A stretch of DNA of 64,000 bases, taken from Octopus sinensis. Lineage: Eukaryota. Positions within the stretch are counted from its first letter, which is position 1; each line of letters opens with the position of its first letter. A model generated the notes under the pieces. The model saw only the letters and a program-made list of their open reading frames with translations, did no database searches and was not told where the DNA came from. This document shows positions 12,371 through 24,916 of this stretch, piece by piece. The translations under genes were made by a program, and so were the position numbers. Location: positions 36,828,001 to 36,892,000 of the forward strand of contig NC_043006.1 of the NCBI RefSeq assembly GCF_006345805.1. Reading direction: 5' to 3'.

Positions 12371-12971
12371 TACAAATATATATATACTAGCAGTATAACC
12401 CGGCCTTGCCTGGGATTAAGTTACGATTATTAAGCTAATCAAGTTCTTTATTTCAAACCAAACTAAGTAATATCGACATCAAATTTGGGCAAAATCCGTT
12501 TAAATTGGTTATATTATATATACTCTTTTACTTACTTGTTTCAGTCATTTTGACTGCAGCCATGCTGGAGCACCGCCTTTAGTCAAGAAAATCGACCCCG
12601 GGACTTATTCTTTGTAAGCCTAGTACTTATTCTATCAGTCTCTTTTGCCGAACCGCTAAGTGATGGAGACGTAAACACACCAGTTCAGTTCAATTTTTTT
12701 ACGTGACACCTTGGGCAAGTGTCTTCTGCTATAGACTCGGGCCGACCAAAGACTTGTGAGTATATTTGGTTGACGTAAACCGTAAGAAGCCCGTCTTATA
12801 TATGTATATATATAATTATAGTATATTCTGTTAAGAACATAGTAGAATACAGTATAAAGCTCGCTCGTCCACTTTCACATTTAAACTGTGCTTTCCAATT
12901 AAAGCATAAAGGCAAAATTAATAGAGGTCACAAAAGTGACTATATATATATATTTATATATATATATATTA

Positions 12972-13023
<52 letters not shown>

Positions 13024-13046
13024 CTCTCCTTGTATTTTCTGTGTCC

Positions 13047-13082
13047 CTTTCTGTAGAAGAGCGTAGGCTCGAAACGTAAAAG
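13047..13082 (+). ncRNA. Variant minimal hammerhead-like motif in a repeat of about 150 bp
   Basis: CTTT-CTGTAGA-A-GAGC-GTAG-GCTC-GAAA-CG-TA-AAAG; further copies 14870-14905 and 15425-15460. Confidence 0.5.
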
Positions 13083-13323
13083 ACTTTTTCTATTCCTGAG
13101 CGTTATCCTAATACACCTGTTTGTTTTGTACACCACTTGTCTTCGTCATTTGTTTTTTTCGTAAACTCTCCCTATATATATATATAGTTATATACATATA
13201 GATATGGTACATATATAAACAAGGCATGAGAAAGTATTATATGTATTTCCAGGTTTGCGTTTGGGCATCTGTCGTGTGTGAATAGATAATTGAAAAAATT
13301 GGAGTCAACAAGAAGGGTATGGT

Positions 13324-13751
13324 TGTGCCGAAAGAGATCAAAGAGGAGTCCCAAAAGAGATCAAAGAGGGTGCCGAAAGAGATCAAAGAGGAGTCCCGAA
13401 AGAGATCAAAGAGGGTGCCGAAAGAGATCAAAGAGGAGTCCCGAAAGAGATCAAAGAGGAGTCCCGAAAGAGATCAAAGAGGGTGCCGAAAGATATCAAA
13501 GAGGAGTCCCGAAAGAGATCAAAGAGGGTCCCGAAAGAGATCAAAGAGGGTGCCGAAAGAGATCAAAGAGGAGTCCCGAAAGAGATAAAAGAGGGTGCCG
13601 AAAAAGATCAAAGAAGGTGCCAAAAGAGATCAAAGAGGAGTCCCGAAAGAGATCAAAGAGGGTGCTGAAAGAGATCAAAGAGGAGTGCTGAAAGAGATCA
13701 AAGAGGAGTCCCAAAAGAGATCAAAGAGGAATCCCGAAAGAGATCAAAGAG
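13324..13751 (+). repeat. Purine-rich minisatellite, alternating units of about 21 and 23 bp
   Basis: (GTG or AGTC)-CCGAAAGAGATCAAAGAGG repeated about 19 times. Confidence 0.95.
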
Positions 13752-15794
13752 TGGACATTTATTTTTTAATCACTACAATTGTTTGCATGCAACGTAGTTC
13801 TCTAGATGTGCAGGTACTTGATTAAGAAACTATTTCCCTGCATTATGAGATCTAGTTGTGTTTCCTCAGGTGATATGTATATATTGTCTCTGTAAATTTA
13901 AAATCCTCGGCTTCAAGAACATTCTATCTCTCTGTCGTGGCCTTAATTTAGTAGTACTCACAAAGCCTATCAGGGTATGTTGTTGGTGAAGGGCAGTTGG
14001 CAAACTGCTTTGAATGCGTAAAGGTAGTGGGATGGTGATTCTCATACTCTTAAAGTGGTTGCCGTTTTAAAGCGATTGGTATTTTATTTCTTTGTACTGT
14101 TGATTTGTTCTTCATGGTTGGTTACACATGATTCTCCTTAGCTGGCCTTTAAGATTCAACACTCAGACACATACACGCATATATGCGCGCGCGCACGCAC
14201 ACACACACACATATATACATATATAAAATCTACACACACATATACATACAGATATATACACACGCTCACATATACAGATATGTATGCGCACTCACGTACA
14301 TATATATAAGCACACCTACACTCACTCGCATATACATACACAGATGCTCGCATGTGCATACACACATGTATACATATCTACTTACACACACACACGCACA
14401 CCCACTCACACCATACATATAAATATATATATTCACTCACAAATTAAAAAAAGAGTAGCTTATTAGCAATTAAATAAAGGCGATTTTATAGAGGTCAAAA
14501 AAGTGACAGATGGTACTGACTAGCACAGTTTTTGTTAAAATAACTCAAAGCCACAAGAGCACTGAACTTAATATGACTGATAAAGAGAAGTAAGTCCCCA
14601 GCGTGCATAGCCGGATCGCAATTTTGGATTTTGATGCAGGCCATCTTAATCTTCATCAGCGACTCTTAAAGCCTAGAGTTAAACACGACTGCCTCTATCA
14701 GTCTTACAAGAAAAACCGTTGAAAACGTGCTGATTTTCAAAACGGTAAAAGTGTAAACAATAAATTAAAAAGTGGGGCTTATTAGCAATTAAAGCATAAA
14801 GGCAAAATTAATAGAGGTCACAAAAGTGACTATATATATATATTTTCTCTCCTTGTTTTTTCTGTGTCCCTTTCTGTAGAAGAGCGTAGGCTTGAAACGT
14901 AAAAGACTTTTTCTATTCCTGAGCGTTATCCTAATACACTTGTTTGTTTTGTACACCACTTGTCTTCGTCTTTTGTTTTTTTCGTAAACTCTCTCTCTCT
15001 CTCTATATATATATAATATATATATTATATATATATATATATATACATATATATATAATAGAAATATTAAAATTACTAAGTCTCTCTAAAAGAGAACAAC
15101 GGCAGCGTTCCCGGAAAATATTAGTTATCGCCATACTAATATGGCATTCTTATAAAAATAAGAAAAAAGCTGACCGCTTATTAGCTCCATGAGGCCATCG
15201 CCTTAAGTTAGCTATTTGATACACAAACTGTATCCATATAACCTTTGAACAAGGGAGGTCAGTCGCTCCACACTACTTGGCCGGCAGCTACAGACGCGTT
15301 TCGGGGTATTGCCCAGTTATATACATATAGATATGGTACATATATAAACAAGGCATGAGAAAGTGCATGTTTGACCGCTAAATCCACAAGTTTTTTTATT
15401 TTCTCTGTTTATGTCCTCGTGTTCCTTTCTGTTGAAGAGCATAGGCTCAAAACGTAAAAGACTTTCTCACCTTCTCGAGCGTTAAACTAATACACCTGCT
15501 TGTTGTTTATACACCTGTCTTCGTCTTTTGCTTTTCTGTTAATTTCAACTATATATATATATATATATAAGTTCAGCAAAACAATTTAGATTCAAATGAA
15601 TATGGTACTTAATTTAGATGCACCAGAATTTTTTATGGTATTACCCATAAAATTATGTGGGGTGATTATAACCAAAAATAAGCAACAAGAATGGATCCGG
15701 TAATTTAGTACAATTGTTTCATTCTATAACAATTTATTAAAGCTGCAAATATTACAGCAAATATAATATGTCAAGTAATCTTCAGCTAATTTCA

Positions 15795-16062
15795 TATAGG
15801 TTTTCCAATAATGTAAAGTTCTCAAATCAATTAGTAACATCCTAGAGAGTGTAAATACACCGATAAAGTTGTAGATATGAGTTTCAGGAACTTGAAGTAG
15901 GATGCCAAGCAAACCAAGATTAAGTTCATATATGTTTTCCAACAATGTAAAGTTCTCAAAACAATTAGTAACATCCCAGAGAAGGTAAATATACCGATAA
16001 AGTTGTGGATATGAATTTCAGGAAACATGAAGGATGCCAGTCAGTCAAGATTAAGTTCACAT
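15795..16062. repeat. Two-copy tandem duplication, unit about 135 bp
   Basis: TTTTCCAA.AATGTAAAGTTCTCAAA.CAATTAGTAACATCC..CAAGATTAAGTTCA occurs twice. Confidence 0.8.
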
Positions 16063-16074
16063 CTAACTGTTGCA

Positions 16075-16552
16075 AGAAAAAATTTCTTTTCAAAAGATTT
16101 TCAAAAAGTTTTTCCAAAACTTTGGTGAAAAGTTTCGAAAAACTTTTTCAAAAATTTTTGGGGAAAATTTTCTAAAAGTTTTTGAAAAATTTTTGAAAAA
16201 TTTTACAAAAATTTTGGGGAGATTTTTTCGAAAAATTTTCCAAAAATTTATGGGGAAAGTTTCAAGAAATTTTTGAAAAATGTTTGGGGAAAATTTTCAA
16301 AAAGTTTTTCCAAAACTTTTGGGGAAAATTTTCAAAAGATTTTTCAAAAAATTTTTGAAAAATTTTTGTGGATAATTTTCAAAAGATTCTCAAAAAATTT
16401 TTCCAAAATTTTGGTGAAAAGTTTCGAAAAACTCTTTCAAAAATTTTTGTGGAAAATTTTCAAAAGATTTTTACAAAATTTTTGTGGAAAATTTTTCAAA
16501 AATTTTTCAAAAATTTTGGGGGAAAATTTTCAAAAAACTTTTCAAAAATTTG
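16075..16552. repeat. Degenerate A/T-tract satellite (TTTTCAAAAATTTTTGGGGAAAA)
   Basis: Direct reading. Confidence 0.85.
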
Positions 16553-17424
16553 TTGCAATTTCGATCAATTGGACCTTGTCCTCCTTCTTGTATGGAAGTG
16601 TACAGGTGCAGCGAAATTCATTTTTGGACTTTCTTCTATCGATGGCATTTTAAGAAAAATGCTTCCATAAAGACGGTGAAAATTCAATTTTTAAACAATA
16701 GCCAAAGCCCTTCTCCGAAAGGGGGAGAGTTACGGTTTACAATTATTTAACAAATGCAACACAACAGTGCTTCCCTGACGGGGAACCAACAAACGTGATT
16801 ACAATAGTCAAACAGTAATAATAATAACAACAAACCTTTTTAATTTATCCCCATTTATGTGAAACCACTTGATGCAATTTTATACGAATTGCTAATACAC
16901 ACACATAATAAGGGTGAAATATTGAATATTAATTTGATTAATATGAATTGAAAACCAGTGGTGTAGCATATAAGACCATAGCAAAATGGATGACCATTGT
17001 TAATGGTTCATCCCTGTTATATAATACTTTCACTTTAATAGTGAAAGTGTCTGCATTACAAAAGAGAGATGTTTTTGTTTCACTTTTAACACGTAATACT
17101 GAAATAGTGGAGAAGATATGATATTGCTGTGGGGTCGTCCTAGGGAAAAAGTTAAGATCTTTTTTGCCAATGACACTCCCCGGACCTTAAGTAAGGCATG
17201 TGTAAAATTTGAATGAAATTGGTTGTGTAGTTCTCAAGTTTTAGGGAAACACACAGACAGACACACATTCTCAGTTTTATATATATAGAGATATATATAA
17301 ATAAATAAAAAAATGTGTGTGTATATTTATGGAAGAGAAGCCCACATAAACGTATGTATATGAATAAATACATTTAGATGGGTATATATTTATATATGCT
17401 GTATAAACACATTTACATGTGTGG

Positions 17425-17459
<35 letters not shown>

Positions 17460-17783
17460 CACACACACACACACATTTTGATCAAATGAAAGTTACAAAA
17501 ATGGCTCCAGGGGGGAGAGTTTTTATGCCTGGCACTTAACAGCTTGACTTAAATTTGAGAGTTTGTTTATAATTAATATTACAGAGTCATAAACATTCCA
17601 GAAAAAAATTATTTACATTCTGTAGAACAAAAAAAAAAACTCATTGATTTTATGCGAGTTTGATATGTGCCATGCGTGAAATTCTTTGACCATAGCTTAC
17701 TTATGTTACTTTCTGACAAATATAAAAAAAGTGTATATACATTTTGTATTACATTCTGTTTCTCCTGTTTGTTCTACCAAACC

Positions 17784-17824
<41 letters not shown>

Positions 17825-18017
17825 ATGTATATTAAAACAAAGAATGGAAAATTTTAATTCAGTGTTACACATGTTTCATTAGTATCAGAAATACATTATA
17901 ATATAAATGATAATAATAATATAAATATAATGAATTTATAGTAGTTATATACATGTAGAGAGCATGTAGGGGATCTCCTAAACTGTAACACAGCTTGGAT
18001 TATAACCCATTCTGTAC

Positions 18018-18049
<32 letters not shown>

Positions 18050-18122
18050 ATGCATATGTATATATGTATGTACACAACATATATGTGTATATATTTCTAT
18101 GTATCTGTATATGCTATGTATG

Positions 18123-18153
<31 letters not shown>

Positions 18154-18714
18154 ATATCTGTATTTTTATAAGTATGTATATATATGTGTATGTAATATAT
18201 TTATAAATAAATAAATATTTATATATATATATGTGTGTGTGTGTGTGTGCGTGTGCGTGTGAATATGTCTCATAGAACAAATACATATATGTTTGTGTTT
18301 CATAGAACAAACGTGTGTGTGTGTGTGTGTGTGTTTGGTAGAGCAAATACTTATATTTTATATTTGTGTAAACATTTATTCAAGTTTAATCAATTCTTTT
18401 TTTGTTGATTTTTTTCATATTTATTTTCCTTTATATACTTACTTTGATACAGTTTCCTACTTTCATTAATCTATACATTTTTCAAGTCTTTCTCAGTCCT
18501 GTCATCAGAATAACATAATGAGAATAATGTGTTACATGAGCAAGACAAAGGATTAGAAGAATGTCTTTACAACTGATAAAATCATCATTGGTGTATTTAA
18601 TAATTATATAATGGAATGTGCTGACAGATTTCAGGATTTATTTGATGTGTCATGTATCTGTGTGTTAATTCTATTGTTCATACTTTACTATTAGTATGTG
18701 TGTGTGTGTATTCT

Positions 18715-19083
18715 TTTTATTCTTCTATTTGTTTCAGTTATTTGACTACGGCCATGCTGGAGCACCACCTTTAGTCGAGCAGATCGACCCTAGGACTTAT
18801 TCTTCGTAAGCCTAGTACTTACTCTATCAGTCTCTTTTTGCTGAACAGCTAAGTAATGGGGATATAAACACACCAGCATCGGTTGTCAAGCGATGTTGGC
18901 GGGGATGACAAACACAGACATACAAACACACATATATATGCAATGGGCTTCTTTCAGTTTCCGTCTACCAAATCCACTCCGAGGCTATAGTAGAAGACAC
19001 TTGCCTAAGGTGCCACGCAGTGGTACTAACTCCAGGACCATGTAGTTGGGAATCAAACTTCTTACCACACAGCCACTCCTGTG
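18715..19083 (-). mobile_element. tRNA-headed SINE family B
   Basis: Reverse complement of 22400-22782. Confidence 0.85.
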
Positions 19084-19169
19084 CTTTTATTATATTTTAT
19101 TAATTTACTAATGAAAGCTTTAATTAGAGTGGAATACAAAAAAAGAAAAATGAAAATCAACATATGTAT

Positions 19170-19553
19170 AGGCACAGGACTGGCTGTGTGGTAAGTAGCT
19201 TGCTTACCAACCATATGGTTCTGGGTTCAGTCCCTCTGCATGGCATCTTGAGCAAGTGTCTTCTACTATAGTCTCGGGCCAACCAAAGCCTTGTGAGTGG
19301 ATTTGGGAGATAGAAGTCCATTGTATATATGTATATATAGATATATATGTTTGTGTGTCTGTTCCCCCCCCCCCCCAATGATCGTTTGACAATCAATGTT
19401 GGTGTGTTCACGTCCTTGTAACTTAACGGTTTGGCAAAAGAGACCGATAGAATAAGTACTGGACTAAAAAAAGAATAAGTCCTGTGGTCGATTTGTTCAA
19501 CTAAAGGTGGTGCTCCAGCAGGGCTGCAATCAAATGACAAACAAATAAAAGAA
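19170..19553 (+). mobile_element. tRNA-headed SINE family B
   Basis: TGGCTGTGTGGTAAG..GGGTTCAGTCCC head, GGTGCTCCAGCA tail. Confidence 0.85.
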
Positions 19554-19786
19554 TATATGCATCACGAAATCTGCCTGAATGTACCTGTAAATATTTTGTT
19601 TTAAAACGGTGTTGATGATTTTTATCAGTTAAAACAATATTCCTTTGACCCTTTGTGGCTAATTACAAAATGGGCACATACACACACATTCATCATCATC
19701 ACTTCATTATGATGATGGGAGATGAAGGTCTTGAAATGTGTATAGAGAGTATTTAAGAATACCACTGTTTCACACCGCACATAAAG

Positions 19787-20030
19787 TACATTATTTACAT
19801 TTGACGGATATTTGTCCTCATCTTTTTTGTTGTTAACACAACATTTCAGCTGATATGCCCTCCAGCTTTCATCAGGTGTCTTGGGAAAATTTCGAAATTT
19901 CCCCAAGACACCTGATGAAGGGTGAAGGGTATATCAGCCGAAACGTTCTGTTAACAACAAACAAGATGAGGACAAATATCCATCAAATGTAAATAATGTA
20001 CATAATTCCTCATCTCTTAAATGTAGAACT
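19787..20030. mobile_element. Palindrome of two truncated hammerhead-SINE copies
   Basis: Arms mirror around TTCGAA (19891-19896); hammerhead motifs at 19835-19880 (-) and 19907-19952 (+). Confidence 0.8.
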
Positions 20031-22309
20031 ACACATAAAGTGATTATAAAGAAATAAGAAATATCCTTAATAAAAAGATCTACTGAAACAACTGTATGAA
20101 AAGAAGGGTGAGACTTCACAGTTTTGTCCTGTTTGCCTTTGTTGGACTGATGAAGGATAGGCTGAAACATGAAAGTTGCTTCCACCTCTCATCTTTTATG
20201 CACACTACAAAAAGGATTGAGTAATCCTTTAGTTTAATGTTTGTTTAATTGTTTTTACAATTTGACATAAAAACTATATATATATATATAATATTGTTTT
20301 TGCAATTTGACATGAAAACAATACACACACACACACACACAGATACACACAAGTTTGTGTGCATGTGTATACATACATGTATCTGCGTAATGTGTGTTTT
20401 CAATATGCATGTCTGCATGTTGTGCTGAACATTGAATGTATCAAAGCTGTTGCTTGGCTTGGCTGTTCTCATTTTCAGGTTGTGTTTTTTATACTCATTC
20501 AATCTCTTCTACTACATCAATATATGTATAATATAAATGAACATGTGCAAAAGAAGAGAAAATTATACAACTGCACGAGAGTTTTGTAGTTGTACAGCAA
20601 TATTTACTTTGTACTAAGTTTTTTGTTGTTTTGTTTTTTAATCATTAACCAAACATTTTGCTGGTGCTCCACCAGATTTGTTTTGAGTTAACTAATATAG
20701 TTTAAGATTGATTTCAATCTTAGAAGGGGCATGTGTCCTTCTGTTTTCCATTACAGTTGCTAACCTTTAAACCCAACCTCAAAATGTTTCTACATCTACC
20801 TATGTGAATATATATGGATAAGAAAAGATCTCACCCTACTAAACATAAGTGTATGTGTATGAAGGAATGGTTTATGGTTAAGTAGTTTGTTTTGCAACCT
20901 TATTATTTCAGATTCAGTCCCAATGTATGGTATCTTGGGCAAGGGTCTTCAACTCTAGCTTCAGGTTGACCAATGGCTGATGGGTGAAATTCACTAGATT
21001 GAAAGACACACACACACACACTCGCTCCATCAGTTGATCCGTCTGTCTGTCTGTCTGTCTGGCAGGTAGGCATCCATCAAAACAGACTGGAGTCTAGTGT
21101 AGCTCACTGGCTTACCAACTCCAGTCAAACTGCCTTGCTCATGCTGGCATGGAAAACATACTAAATGATGATGATGATATAAACAAAATAGCTAGTTTCG
21201 CTTTCACAGCATTAACTTGCATGTGACCTGAGCTGACCAATAGAGGCCTAACATCTAGAAGCCATGAATTTGTCTCATATTTTTAACTTTTCTTCAAATA
21301 TCGGATGGGGTGGATATATCCTACACATTAAAACAAAAAACTAAGTCATAAGAAGCTGAGTCAAATTCTTACCAAAAATATATGTAACTTGAAAACTAGA
21401 TGTGTTGAGTACCAGTTTGTCTTCGCCCACACCATCATGTGTGTGTGTGTGTATATATATATATATCCAAATTGAGAGAGTGGTGCAGGTTCGACTAAAA
21501 TTCCTCAAGGCGGTACCCCAGTATGGCCTCAGCATACTGACTAAAACAAATAAGCGGATAAAATCACACACATACGCCTGTCTTTACTCTGGCCATGACA
21601 GTCACACTTAAAAAATAAATTCTCTTTCAGAGAATTGAAAGTAATCCGGATGTTAGATGTGATAGTTAAAATACAAATAACCAAAACACTTGGTATGATC
21701 AACTATGACCATCACAACCTTTGTTTCGCTGACATCGTGTATCTTGGACTACAGTATGCAATTTATCTCCGGCTATGGATTGCCAAATCATTGCGTGAAC
21801 AATAAAAGAAAAAATCTCATGCTATTTGGTACCATACTGGTTTATGCCCCTTCTCCCTTTATACTTGCTGTTAATTTATCACCAGTTTCACCACTTCCAG
21901 GGTTGACTGTGAACACTTTATACAACTCGCAATGTACCCTGTCTGCTGCTAGTTGCAGAACACTTCAGTGAAGATAGATGCTAACACTTCTGGTATATAA
22001 AAAGTAATCACATCACCGAAATCTCGAAGTTATGAGATAATACATGATTATTTCAAAACAATGTGAATAAATAAGCATTACATTTGACAGTATTAAAAGG
22101 TTAAGACTATCCTTCAGCTATGTTCGTAATGTAAAAAAAAAAAAATTATTGAATGCCATAACCAGGAATATAGTGTTCGTTATAGAACCGGTTTTCAATC
22201 GGGGTTCATATAACATTTTGGAAGGGTCTATGCTATGAAATTAGTAAATTAGGGTTCTCCAGTATTTTAAGGGACCATGAAAAGTTTTAACTATATGCAT
22301 TACATAGGT

Positions 22310-22383
22310 GTCTCTGTGGCGTTATCAGTTAACGTGTTCGGCTGTTAATCAAAAGGTTGGTGGTTCAAGCCCATCCAGGGATG
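22310..22383 (+). tRNA. tRNA-Asn(GTT), probably a pseudogene
   Basis: GTCTCTGTGGCGTTATCAGTTAACGTGTTCGGCTGTTAATCAAAAGGTTGGTGGTTCAAGCCCATCCAGGGATG aligns to the canonical metazoan tRNA-Asn with about 10 substitutions, mostly C>T/G>A. Confidence 0.8.
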
Positions 22384-22399
22384 GATTCTTTCAGTTTTA

Positions 22400-22782
22400 G
22401 GTGCAGGAGTGCCAGTGTGGTAAGTAGCTTGCTTACCAACTGCATGGTTCTGGGTTCATTCCCACTGCGTGGCACCTTGGGCAAAGAGTCTTCTATAGCA
22501 TCGGGCCAACCAAAGCCTTGTGAATGGATTTGGTAGACGGAAACTGAAAGAAGCCTGTCGTATATGTGTATATATATATGTGTCTGTGTTTGTGCCCCTC
22601 CCCAACATCGCTTGACAACCGATGCTGTTGTGTTTACGTCCTCATAACTTAGCGGTTCAGCAAAAAAAAACCCAATAGAATAAGTACTAGGCTTACAAAG
22701 AATAAGTCCTGGGGTCATTTGCTCGACTAAAGGCGGTGCTCCAGCATGGCCGCAGTCAAATGACTGAAAAAAGTAAAAGAGT
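22400..22782 (+). mobile_element. tRNA-headed SINE family B, near full length
   Basis: Head, GGGCAAG..GGATTTGGTAGACGGAAACTGAAAGAAGC core and tail; further copies about 6095-6300, 12520-12690, 29190-29330, 40915-41220, 55095-55350, 57285-57650, 58160-58435. Confidence 0.85.
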
Positions 22783-23458
22783 ACAATAAACGTGTTTCTT
22801 TCAATAATGTTTTACGTAGTTCAACCTATAAAAGTGAATAATAAAAAATTTGAAAGAAGTATCTATAAAATTAGTTTTTAAACGTCGAATGGCTATGGGA
22901 GTGGGGTCCACCAGAATAAAATAATAAACAAAAGGAGCTAAAGGTAAAAAAAAAAGATGTTTGAGAATCACTGCCCTACTAGGACGTCAGTGACAATAAT
23001 GTGACTTGCGACGTCATACTGTGACCAATCTTCGTCTTAAGAGAGTTGTCAGGAGTCATCCTTGCCATTGGTACATCTGCTATATCTTACTAATATTTTC
23101 TATGATACCCATTCGTTTGGTGTTTTCTAACGTTGTACTGTTGTATCTCGGAAGGGTCATTATTACCAATAATTCTCATACATACTGGTTCTATTTCCCT
23201 TTCACTTATTTTTTTATTAGTTAATTGGTTTGCGATTTAACTAATTAACGAATCAATTGTTTGATTAATCATTCGGTCGATCAATCAACTGCTTTATTGC
23301 CAATCGTGACCTCATCAATAACGTGCCTGCTCAACTGCATTGAAGAATTCGCGAGTAGCGACGAAAGAACTTCGACAAATACAGCTGATTGATTAATCGA
23401 ACCATTAACCAACCTAACAGTCGATTAGCTTTAATTAAGTGGTTAGCCAATTGACTAA

Positions 23459-23756
23459 TCCTTATATATAAAAGTTGTGTGAATGTCTGTCTCCTACGAT
23501 TTAGATTCCTAACTACTCCCACATTTTGCGGTGCAGTTTAACCAAAAGCGGGTATCTTATAGTCGTGATTCCTATCGAGCCCTTTCTGGGTATTAGCGCG
23601 CGTCTACGGTGAGTCTACGATTTAAAAAAAAATTTACCATAATTTTTTCCCATTTTTAATGCATTTTTTGCTATTATATAAGGGAAGTAACTCTCTAAAA
23701 ATGCTTATATAGTTATTTCCCTTACAAACCCGAGCAACGCCGGGCGATACTGCTAG
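23459..23756 (+). mobile_element. 298-bp non-autonomous Helitron
   Basis: A|TC start, subterminal hairpin CCCGAGCAACGCCGGG, CTAG|T end, no TSD; nested in a MITE. Confidence 0.8.
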
Positions 23757-24350
23757 TAAATAATAAAGTGAAATAGAGTCAGTGGATATGCTTATTATTG
23801 GCATAACGACCCTCTCAAGATACACTATACGTTACAACACTTGAGCTCACATCAAGAATCTTGCAAATCAAATACAAAAACGAAAAAAATGTTCCAGCGT
23901 TACTCGTTCATTAAATCCCTCAGAACCTAGGCTTTTCTCTTTAACTCCACTTATCATATTCTGTTCGATTTGTATTTAGATTTCTCGTAATGCAATTCGA
24001 TTTTTGCTGGAGCCCAAGTTTTATGTTGTATCTTTTTAGATACAAGGCTATAAATTTTGAAGGATGGCATAAGCCAATTGCATCGACTCCGGAGCGATGA
24101 AAGGTAAAGTTGGTCATGGCCGTATTTGAATTCAGATTGTAAAGTGTCGGAATGAAATACTGTTGGACGTTTTCCCGGCACTATCGATTCTGTTAAACTA
24201 GAGGAATGTGTAAAATATTGCCATATAGACAGCAAAGAAAAGTAAACAAAGATTTAATGAATCAGAGGCAAAATATAAAACTGATACCAAGTAATTAGCC
24301 GATGTTCGTCTCTTCTTGTCAGAAATTGATAAAATGTTATGGGACATGTA

Positions 24351-24916
24351 TTGGGTTGTCCGGAAAGTTCGTGCCGATTTTTAAAGGAAAGAAAAAGGTC
24401 AATAAATACTTGTCATTACATTTTTAATCAACCAAATATGAACCATTTTGTTGCACAATGCGTCTCCATCTTTCCTTTAACTTGAAAATACCCTCTTCCC
24501 AGAATTGAGGTGGTTTCATGGCAAAGAATTCATCAAGGTATCTTTTTACGTCATCCAAGGAATTGAAATTTTTACCATTAAGACTATTCTGCAGAGACCT
24601 GAGTAAGTGGAAATCCGAAGGAGCAATATCTGGAGAATATGGAGGGTGGGGTAACACATCACAGCCGAGCTGCAGCAATTTTTGTCTGGTTCCCAAAGCA
24701 TCAAGTGCCGAAAATGAACTTTCTTATCTTCCATATTAAAAGGTTACAAAATTAACACAGGTTATAGGAATAAAAACCTTCTTCCACGAAAAGACAGCTT
24801 AAACTGTGCTCTAAATGGAGGTGTAATCAAATCCTATTTTATGGACTCAACCATGTTCTAAAATAAGTCGAAAGGTAAGCTACTATAAATCGGCACGAAC
24901 TTTACGGACAACCCAA
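24351..24916 (-). mobile_element. Internally deleted mariner element
   Basis: Near-perfect TIRs TTGGGTTGTCCGGAAAGTTCGTGCCGATTT, TA TSD; N-terminus MEDKKVHFRHLMLWE joined to LPHPPYSPDIAPSDFHL..ERWRRIVQQNGSYLVD. Confidence 0.95.

Larger units (their letters stand above)
12387..17291 (-). mobile_element. Putative 4.9-kb non-autonomous Helitron with cargo
   Basis: Minus strand: 5' A|TCTCTATATATATAAAACTGAGAATGTGTGTCTGTCTG at 17291; 3' hairpin CCCAGGCAAGGCCGGG then CTAG|T at 12387; same end architecture as 23459-23756. Confidence 0.6.
22184..22978. mobile_element. Decayed hAT/Charlie-like MITE interrupted by tRNA copy and SINE
   Basis: Left TAGAACCGGTTTTCAATC, right TTGAGAATCACTGCCCTA. Confidence 0.45.

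Noticed and set aside
13290-13825. Basic repetitive ORFs and CRISPR-like look
   Set aside because: Minisatellite without unique spacers, no cas genes, eukaryotic context
14611-14665. Minus-strand CTGATGA with possible stem II
   Set aside because: GAAA core absent and single copy; too degenerate to call a hammerhead
16070-16750. FKKIF-type amphipathic peptide ORFs
   Set aside because: Product of A/T-tract satellite in every frame
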